Below, piece by piece: positions 26,811 through 36,630 of a DNA stretch of 64,000 bases. Below the pieces are notes generated by a model. It was not told the origin of the DNA. It ran no database searches and worked only from the letters and a program-made list of their open reading frames with translations. This stretch comes from Chiloscyllium plagiosum (taxonomy: Eukaryota), in NCBI RefSeq assembly GCF_004010195.1, contig NC_057718.1, positions 2,831,493 through 2,895,492 of the forward strand, in the 5' to 3' direction. Made by a program: the position numbers and the translations under genes. Numbering within the stretch: the first letter of the stretch is position 1; each line of letters starts with the position of its first letter.

Positions 26811-28977
26811 GCAGCATTCATGAAGCATCTGGATGAATACACGAATAGGAAGAGAATAGAGGGATATGGATCCTGAAAGTGAAGACAGTTTTAGTACAGA
26901 GGGGTGAATGTGTTGGTGCAGGTTGGAGGGCCAAAGGGCCTGTTCCTGTGCTGTATTGTTCTCTATTCTTTGGTATGTCTCATATCATTACAGTGGAAAC
27001 ATGGTCCTTTCTGTAGTTGCAGCTGTTTCCGTTATAGTGATAACATATTTTTATGGCTGTTCTTCACTTCTTATTGCTCTATCAGCAAGACGTTTTATTC
27101 CTGCAGTTTCTTTGAGGATTTCCAGCTAACTATTTCCCCACCCTAATTTTCTGTATGAGATATGTTAAGGCTATCTGCTTTGCTCGTCCCGAATGCTTCA
27201 TCATCATCATAACAAGCCTTTCAGTTCTCTGAATGCTCCCATGATTCCATTCTCATTAATTTCACTGTCACAGCATTATCTGAATCCCTGACCCTACCAC
27301 CTTGCATTTTCCTACACCAATACCCAGGTCAGTTTCTTCCTTGTAGTTTCAATTTTCAATTGTTCGATCCGACTTGGTGTTTCTAATTATCATTACTTTT
27401 ATTGAATGAGGTGGTCTTTCACTGTAGCAAATATATAAGGTTGCAGATTTTGTATTCACAATGAAACAGAAGTTTATTACATATAAGAGATTAAGATAAA
27501 ATAGAATGAACCAAACTAATTGCATATAAACTAATTCAATGAAATTTGAAAGCACATGGAAACAATAAAATCACATTTATTCTAATACCATCAATTTTCG
27601 ATATTCATCTCCCAGGAAATATCCTTTCCATCACATTGATAAGTTTGACTTAACTCTTTCTGTCTTCAGAGATTTGAGCCTCTTTGAGGGTATCCCTTGA
27701 TTATTCACATAAATGAGCTGAAACTTACTTAGTTTTAAGTAATCCCTTTGATCATCAACTTTAATTTAGACATTGTGACATTACTATGAAAACACCCAAT
27801 AGCTTATGAATTTGTACTTTCAAGCTGGCTGTGTCTGACATTTCCTTCTGGTTCCCAGACTCCTGCCAAGTTAATTTATCCCCAGCTCCCACTAATAGCA
27901 CTCAGGAATCTGCTCACAAAGACTGCCTCTAGTTAGCTGCAATCTTTCTGTGCTCTCCAGGTGTCACCTTCTCATCAATTCCACAGGATCACTGTTGTAG
28001 GAATTTCACATCCTTCTCCCTCCTGCACCATTTGTCCAGCTATCCATCCATCTGCTTGATCCTTCTACTGATCTACTCACTTATCCGTGGTACTGGGAGG
28101 AAATGCTGATTCCTTTCCTAGCTTCCTAAACTCTGACTGCTTGAGCACAGTTCTCCTTCTGCTTCTGTAATTTGGGATATATGTGGAGTGGAACTATTGA
28201 CTGTTCAACCTCACCCTTTTCAGAGAGTTCTCCAGTCACTCGATAATTTCACTGACAGTGGGACAAGACAGGTAGTACCATAAATGGGTTCCTTCCTGTG
28301 GGTGCAGCAACACGTATCTATTCCTCTGAACATTCAATCCATTGTCATACAGTAAATTCAATTCAATTCAATTCAATTTTTCAATGAACATCATGAGCCC
28401 CTGATATAGCTGGGGTTCCCATGGTAATATTGACTCGTCTCCCCAAGTGATCATCATTCACATCAGTCCCCAGACCAGAATACTTGCTGGAGAGTGAGTT
28501 ACACAGGGAGGATTGTGAAGAGTCTGGTTCAGGGAAAGGTGATCATTCTGAGGAAAACAGTGAGCAGAATGGGGTGAATGAGGGAGCTTCCCAGAAGAGG
28601 CTGCAGAACCTGAGCGATGGGTGGGTCAGGGAGAAGGGAACAGCATACATGAGAAGTTTGGAGAATCTGATGGAGACAGGTAATGGGGAGAGTCTGAGGC
28701 TGGAAGCTGTAATCATGGACCTTCCATAATTCAGGCAATGTCACTCTACACTTTGATCCAGATATTCGTCTTTTAATATTTACATTAATAGTTATTAAAG
28801 ATATTTAATTACTCAAACATGGTTCGTTGATCTGCTTCAACTCCACTGGTTCAATCTTAAACCAGTTCCCTATTTAATTCAGAATGTGTTCCACCTGATC
28901 TATCTCTTTGAACAACTGGCAGCACATTGTAACCAGGAGAACTGATTCTGAAATTCTCAATATTTTCTTCCCTAAAG

Positions 28978-29322
28978 GTGCAAATCCTCCAGTTCTTCTC
29001 CAGTCTCCGAGCCTGGAATGGGTTACCGAGGGTCAAACTGCCCATTTACAATGCATCATGAGAAATGCTGCAGTGACAGGCACCACTGTTAAATGGTACC
29101 ATCAAAAAACAGGTTGCTGTAAAGTGCAAATTTTAACACATAGTAAATATGGCTCCACACAATGGAGCCCAGGATTCTCTGAGCGAATCCAGTCTTCCAG
29201 AGACCCCTCCAATAACAGCTTTATTTTGACCATTACCAATGTGCAGCCCACTGACGCTGGGGTTTATTACTGCTCAGTGTGGAGAAAGATCTATGGGAGA
29301 GGAAGTCAGCTCAATATTATCA
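28978..29322 (+). CDS. V3: germline-joined VJ-type Ig V-set exon
   Basis: Acceptor ttttcttccctaaag| and donor A|GTAAGT; 345 nt, open. AHLQC...VKWYHQKTGCC...DAGVYYCSVWRKIYGRGSQLNI. Confidence 0.92.
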
Positions 29323-29404
29323 GTAAGTACAGTTTTCATAACAATCTCTTCCAACTAAAACCTCTTGCTCAATGAATGAATTGGAGATCAGTTTGTGATT
29401 GATT

Positions 29405-30460
29405 TGAATTCCCTACATTTTTGTATCCCTAAAAGTCCTGTCATTGGAATTTCATGAACCAATTCGTGAAATTTCATTCTGGACCTCAGATGGAGTGACC
29501 ACCTGACGGACCTCTGTCCATTCCCCATCATCTGGTACTTGAGCTGAACACTATTTCCTCAATAATACTTTGTCATTCAAGTAATAACACTCAATGATTG
29601 TTTCTGCTTCCATTTCTGAGGAGGCTGTTTGATGAAACCTTCTCAATTCAGGATCAATTTGTTGCATTTCTGCTAAAGAAGATATTCTGAACCTACGGCA
29701 CTCATTCTGTTCATCATGTTCAATTATGTTCAATTAAACTTTTGAAAATTAATTTTGTGAACTGAAATTCCAAATCAACATGATCATGCACTATTATTGC
29801 ATGGTTCTAAATCTATGAACCTGAGATCTAGTCACAACACAATGAGGATAAAATCCAGGATGTTCCTCATGTCACATTTCAGGTTATTTCATCTCCAAGA
29901 TTTGTTCCACAACCCATGGTGAGGCTGATATTCTTGAACCTGTGAGGTCATTCACCAAAACAGAATAAAATCCTTCTGTCAGAACATGTTTTACTCCTAT
30001 CACTGCGACCTCTCTACTGCATTAAACAAGTCACTTTTCAATCCAACTCTGCATAAGCTACCTGAATGTCTCCAATTAATATTTACTCTTTCAATAATTA
30101 CTCTAGAAGTCAAAGAGAATCATTATGCAGCATCAGGGATTGATTTGCTCCAGTGTCTCTTAAGAGCTTTCTTGGTTTACCTCCTTGCTTTAAAGCTGAA
30201 GGAAATACTCCCTCAAAACTCAGACCCTCCTGTCGCCTCACTCTCTTTGTTCATATTTAAAGACAAATTTTCTAGACTGTCCTGATTTCCCTCTCCATCA
30301 TTAGTGCATTCAAAGCATTCATGTTTTCTCTGTCCTACATTATGGTTAGAATAGTTATTTACTTTTGTGACATATCCTTTTCTGAAAGTTCTTTTAATAT
30401 TCCTCTGATTCTAATCTGTTTCCCATTGAACTTCCAGCAATTGTCTTTGGCATGTCCTGT
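29405..30460 (-). mobile_element. Gypsy-like LTR retrotransposon remnant following V3
   Basis: LAEMQQIDPEL...ECYYLNDKVLLRK, typical of the segment preceding a Gypsy integrase zinc finger. Confidence 0.6.
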
Positions 30461-31498
30461 CTTACGAAGGTTGGAGAATGTTAATTACTATCAATCACTT
30501 TTTGGTTCCAGTCTTTCTCCTTTAGTACTTTAACATCCTTCTGTTTGTTCTAGAATATAAGGCTGTAAGACAATATGAAATAGGAACAGGGATAGGCCAT
30601 TCTGCCCCTCGAGCCTTCTCCACCATTCAATGAGGTTATGGCTGCTCCGATATTTCCACACCCCCTTTCCTGCATTTTCCACATAACTCTTGAAGCCTTG
30701 ACTGATCAAAAACCTATCTACCTGCATTTTTGCCCTTTCCTGGTAACTCTATCGATCCCAGCCTTAAATATACACAAGGATACTGCCCCATAGATCTTTG
30801 TAGTAAGGAGTTCCAAAGACTCACAACCCTCTGAGAGAAGGATTTCTTCCTCATCTCAATCTTAAACTGGTGCTGCTTTATTCTGAGACTAAGCCCTCTG
30901 ACACAAGACTGTCCATGAGGGGAAACAACCTCTCAGCATTCACCTGTCAAGCCCTTTAATAATCTGATAGGGTTCAATGAGATCACCTCTCATTCTTCCA
31001 GTCCCCAGTGAGTAGAGTCCCAATCTGTTTAGCCTTTGTTCAAAAGACAATCCTTCCTTTCCCAAGGATTATCCCAGTGACCCTTCTCTGAATGGCCTGC
31101 AATTAAATGATAACTTTATTTTAAAAAGTGATCTCCCCAGCCCTTTCTACAGTTGCAGTAAAAGTTCCCTACTCTTACACTCCAATCCCCTTTGTAATAA
31201 GGGCCAACATTCCTTCCATTTTCCTGATTACCTACTGCCCTTGTTTGCTAGCTTTCGGAGTTTCATGGACAGCTAACCCCAAGCCCCGTTGTGTTGCAGC
31301 TTTCTGCAGATTTTCTGTATGAAAATAATTCCCTATTCCATGGTTCTCCCTTCAAAAATGGACAGTTGCAGATTTTCTCTACGTTATACTCCCAATGCAA
31401 TGCCCACTCTCTTAATTTATCGATATTTCTTTATCTCTGTCACCCGCTCTTTTAGGATCCAAACTCTCAGAACCATGGGAAGTATCTGCCTTTTACCC

Positions 31499-31775
31499 AG
31501 ATTACTTACACTGTGGAAACAGACCCTTCGGCCCAACAAGTCCACACCGACCCACCAAAGCGCAACCCACCCAGACCCATTACCCTACACCTAACAGCAC
31601 GGTGTAATTTAGCATAGCCAATTCACCTAACCTGCACACTTTTGGACTGTGGGAGGAAACCGGAGCACACCCACGCAGACAACGTATAAACTCCACACAG
31701 TCAGTCGCCTAAGACGGGAATTGAACCCGGGTTTCTGGCGCTGTTAGACAGCAGTGCTAACCACTGTGCCACCGT
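31499..31775 (-). mobile_element. HE1-type SINE
   Basis: Reverse complement starts CGGTGGCACAGTGGTTAGCACTGCTG, with B box GGTTCAATTCC. Confidence 0.85.
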
Positions 31776-33675
31776 TTCATCAACTACTGCCCCTCTATTA
31801 ATGATGATGGTATTTAATTGCTCCCCCGATATTCTTTTGTATTAACGGGACATTTGACACATCTTCCACAGTAAAGACTGATTCAAAGTATCTATTTAAC
31901 TCCTCAGCCGTTCCCCTTTTTACACAGATCCATCTCTATAGTTTCATTTTCTTAGTGGCCTGTGTACAATTTGACTGGTTTCAGCTTTTTTATAAATTTA
32001 ATGAAGATCCTAATGTCAGTTTTTTGTGCTAATCACTGGTTTTCCCTCAGTTCATTTTGTTTTATTTTCTCTGTCTTTATTGTCTTTTACGTTGTCAAAA
32101 ACACAGAGCACGAGACTCCTCTTTGATATCTCTTCCCATCAAGCGCCTTCCCCGTTCCTTACCCCAGCCCTCACACACTGGGCCTTGTCATCACATGGGC
32201 TGCTACCGCACACAACCCATTATACCCACTAACTGTCCCAATTAGCAATGATTCATTCTCCCAGGCTGCCCTCCCTGTATCATGGTGGTGAGGTCAGTTT
32301 GCTCATCCTCCCGAGAGCCCCCAGTCTCATCTACACAGGGACCAAGAATCGCAAAGCTGTTAGTCAGCTCAAGGACCAAGGCTTCTTCAGCATGACTTCC
32401 TAGATCTCTCTACTTCCTTCACTCAGAATCACACCATCCTGTACTGGAGATATGACGGCTTCCTGAAACAGTATCCAAGTAATTTGCGCCCCCTCCCTGA
32501 TGAGTCAGTGTTTGAAGCTCTGACTCCAGCTCAGCAACCCTGACTCAGAGTTCATCAAAGAACCCACACTTGCTACAGATGAGCTACACTATGAACCACA
32601 ATGGCGTCCACCAGCTTCCACATCATGTAATAAAAGCACATCACCTGGTCCCTCATCTGTATATTATTCGTTTAGTGCTTAGTTTTTATTAAATTTTTGA
32701 CTCGTCTTTTAATTTGTAATCTGTCAAGTATTTCTCATATTGATCTTTAATCTAAAATTAACTTCTAAGAGACTGACAAATGAGCAGATATTACCAACCC
32801 ATGACCTTCAGGTTTTCCTGTGACATCACTCTTTGTTTTGTGTTGGGTCCCTGATCCTGAGCTTCAATTTATCCTGTTAAACAAAAGTGAAAGCACTTCT
32901 TCCCCTTGGCACTGAATTCTCAAACGGCTCCAAATTCCCAGAGATGTGCATTCAAACGAGCTGTGCCTCACTTCGGATGTGATCTCTCCATCACAATCAT
33001 GTGAAGCACATTGATGTTCCATGATGATGATTTCCCTTACATTCACATTTATTTTGTGTAGCTGCATGATTAAAATCCACGATCCCTGCTTTTCTCCCTT
33101 GCTAACTCTACAATTGTCCCATTTGATTTCTTTCTTGTCATGGTATTTTTCAATCGATAGATCCAGCTTGATGAATCCAAGTGTCATTATTTTATTTAAT
33201 GAAGTGGTTTTTCACTGCAGCATAAGCACACAAGGTTGCAGTTTTGCTTTTAACAAGAAACAGAAATTTATTACATGACAGATATTATGATAAAATAGAA
33301 TAAAGTAAGTTATTTATGATTCATACAATTCAATAAAAGTTCAAAGCACATGGAAACATTAAAAATAACAGAACCATCCCTTCACAGTGTTCATCTGGAA
33401 CTCAATGTATTGGTCACACTGAAGTTTCAACTTCAGATGGACAAGGGGAGTCAGAACAGTTTGCACCAATTCCAATTTTCACTGGTTTTACTTATGAATT
33501 CATGTTGAAACATTTATTAATAATTCATGCTTTATTTTTGTGAACTCACTTTAAAATGGTTTGTTGCATTGAAATAATTAACCAGACTGTTACACTCTTA
33601 CAATGTCCTTTCTACTTGAATTTGAATCAGAAATTTCAAACAAATTTTAATTTATTCAGACCTTTCCTTCCAAAG

Positions 33676-34020
33676 GTGTTAATCCCCCAGTCCTTCTCCA
33701 GTCTCCAAGCCTGGAATGTGTCACTGAGGGTCACTCTGCCCAGTTACAGTGCACCATGAGGAATGCTTCAGTGACACACACCAATGTTCACTGGGACCGG
33801 GAACAATCAGGGAATAACACGGAGTGGGTTTTAACACATGACGTGAGGAACATCACACAATGGAGCCCAGGATTAACTGAGCGATTCCAATCTACCAGAG
33901 ATCCCTCCAGTAACAGCTTCATTTTGACTATCACAAATGTGCAGCCCAATGACGCTGGGGTCTATTACTGTAAAGTGTGGGAGGATATCAGTGGGAATGG
34001 AACTCGGCTGACTGTAATGG
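33676..34020 (+). CDS. V4: germline-joined VJ-type Ig V-set exon
   Basis: Acceptor ctttccttccaaag| and donor G|GTAAGT; 345 nt. Read by hand the frame is open from GVNPPVLLQSPSLECVTEGHSAQLQC through DAGVYYCKVWEDISGNGTRLTV; the ORF track shows only the part from the internal Met at 33756. Confidence 0.92.
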
Positions 34021-34809
34021 GTAAGTCCTGATTATCTTACAATATCTTACAGCAAACAGTTCCTCATGGATTTATTGGAGAGGAGAATGTGTTACATTCC
34101 TCTGATAGAGAGAGAAAGCAGAGAATTCAATATGAAAATAGAACAGTTACATTGTCTTGTTTTAATCATAGATAGAATGAACTGTTTCACCTCTTGGACC
34201 AATTCCTCAATCGCAACATCTTTACCTTTTTTCTGTTTTTCTACTCCTCCATCTCGTTTGTTCTCAGTGTTGTATTTAACATTGTCCTATCTCTGTCTGG
34301 TTTTGTTTCATTCATTCTTGGAATGTGTCTATCACTGGCTGGGCCAGCTCTTGTTGTTCATCCTGAATGGCCCTTGAGAAGAAATGTCTTCACCCAGAGA
34401 GCGGTGACAATGAAGACTGTGACAATAAAGCTAATGCAATTCAATACTGGCTCCTTATGCACCACTGCTGTCCACTTCCCTTTATCCTCACTGCCACCTC
34501 AATCATGCAAAGATAACCGTGTAAGTTATTAGCCACCTTTCCTGCGTGATGTCACTGGAGTACATTAATTTCTATCGATCACATTTGTGACATTAATCTT
34601 TGTGAAGCATCACACTTACTGGGTTCCTTCATTAGCTTTGGGCTTTATTGTCTATGTACCTCACAGTCTACACAGACTAACAAACCCCCAGGGCAGGTGA
34701 ATATGTCGAGCAAATAGACAGTCTGTGGTTAATAGTGAATTTCTATTTGGCTTCACAGTCACATTCATTCCTTTTCTATATAGAAGCCTGTAGCTGCTCT
34801 CAGTATTCA

Positions 34810-34841
34810 CACAGTGCTTAGTGAATCCTTCAGCAAAAACC
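34810..34841 (+). other. RSS-like motif: CACAGTG, 16-nt spacer, GCAAAAACC
   Basis: Perfect heptamer and 8/9 nonamer, but the spacer is 16 nt rather than 12 or 23. A paralogous copy lies at 57143-57174. Confidence 0.3.
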
Positions 34842-35009
34842 TCTGAAAGAGCAAATTCAGTATAATTCTCTGCTGATCTGCAATTTAATTTGACTCATTG
34901 TACCTCCCGTGATGATTGTAAAGCTATCTTTATCACATAGCTCAAATAATCAGTAAAATGTTTTTTTTTATTGTGGCCTGTTAAAGTGCTGTACAGCTGC
35001 AACATAACC

Positions 35010-35282
35010 AACCTGGCCCTTCAGCCTAACAAGTCCACATCAACCCTCATTCCCCATTACTCTTCATTTACCCCAATTAATGCACATAACTTACACATCC
35101 CTGAACACGATGGGAAATTTAGCATGGCCAATCTTTGATTTGCAGGCGGAAACTAGAGCATCTGGGGAAACCCACAAAGACAAGGGGAGAATGTGCAAAC
35201 TCCACACAGACTATGGTCCAAGGCTGGAATTGGACCGGGTCCCTGATGCAACAGTACTAACCATTGAGCCACTGTGCTGCCT
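35010..35282 (-). mobile_element. HE1-type SINE, diverged
   Basis: Similar to the other SINE copies. Confidence 0.7.
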
Positions 35283-36389
35283 GATGCAGCTTATATACTG
35301 TGCCACAACCGAAAATTGCAAGCACCCAAATGCCTTCTTTGCTACCCTATTATCTGCCCAGCCACCTTTCGGGATCTGCACATCGAGATCACTCTATTCA
35401 TCTCAATTTCCTAATATCCTCCGATTCGTTAATACTCCCTTGTCTTGTTATTTCTTTCAAAGTGCATCATCTCACATTTTTCAGGATTAAATTATATCTA
35501 ATACTGATCTCTCCTCCTTTCATTCGCCCTGCCTTGCATCTGACACATTTTTCTCTCATTCTCTCATTTTCCCTGCCTCCCTTCCTCTATTTTATCTCTG
35601 GTTTACACGGTCCCTGCTTGTCTTTTCTTGCTCTTTACTCTGTCACTTGCTTGTTTTCTTTCTATCTCTCAGTCTATCTTGCTTTTATTTCTCTGCCTGT
35701 GGTCCTCTCTCTGTCTCCCGCTATTTCTGAATAGTTTTCAAATTCTCTCTTTTTGTAAAATATCACACCACTTCTAATTTCTATATCCCTCTGTCCCACT
35801 TGCCCCTTCTTTGTCTATTTCTCTGGCCTCCTCATTCTCTCCCCTTCTCTCAGTATCCCTCGCTCTATTCTTTTCCCTTGAGAAATGCAGCGAGCAGTTC
35901 CTGTTCAAACAAATGTTTTTCCACATGATTGCCAATTCTATTCCAAATAGTTGTTTCACTGGTAATCACTGACTGGTCTATAATAACTGTGCTTAATTTT
36001 ATAACCTTTTGTCAAAAGGGGCAGAGTGTTTGCAAGTTTCCATTCTTTTGGTTCCTCTCCTGAGTTAAGGGAGGACTGAGCGATTAAGAACAATGTCTCT
36101 ACAGTCTCCCCTTCCCTTTCATTGAGTATGACTGGATATATTACATCCGGTCCTGGCATATTGTCAACATGAAGAAACAATAGTTTATCCAATAACTTCT
36201 CTTCATCACTCCTTAACCCTTTATCATTTGCTTTGTCACCATGTGTTGTGACAATGCTGTAAGACATCACCTGAAGGAAGCTGTATGCTGAATAAGCACA
36301 TCAGTTTGAGATGGGCGAAACGAGAAGTGAATACAAATATATATAACCAGACAGCTCCTTTCCAGGAAAGCAATTACAATCAGATTATA

Positions 36390-36630
36390 CGTCTCTCAAT
36401 GGCGATTACTGTACCCAGCAGGCCCCGGGGTTAAGGTAATTCCCAGTTCGTCAGCCAGAACGGTGCAATGCGCAGGCGCACAGTCGAAGACCGAGCCATG
36501 AAGGGTGGAGCATATGTGTAATGCGTTGCCGGTGACAGAGATTTGTTTCCAGTCTCTGGGTCTTTTCGAATGAAGCGGCAAGAAAGGCCCGAGGGGGCGG
36601 TGCAGCTCAAGGCGAGGAGAGGCTTCCTTA
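36390..36630. promoter_or_regulatory. CpG-enriched promoter-like patch with an NRF1-type site and a GC box
   Basis: Local CpG excess in otherwise CpG-poor DNA; TGCGCAGGCGCA at 36469-36480; GGGGCGG at 36594-36600. Confidence 0.5.

Noticed and set aside
18298-34020. Conventional rearranging Ig or TCR V-segment array
   Set aside because: No RSS after the YYC; the J-like strand and splice donor are already present; no individual short-intron leader precedes each V.
35300-35900. Hydrophobic ORF 35300-35734 as a transmembrane exon for the V gene
   Set aside because: CT-rich low-complexity DNA following a LINE fragment, without convincing splice boundaries; the hydrophobicity is compositional.
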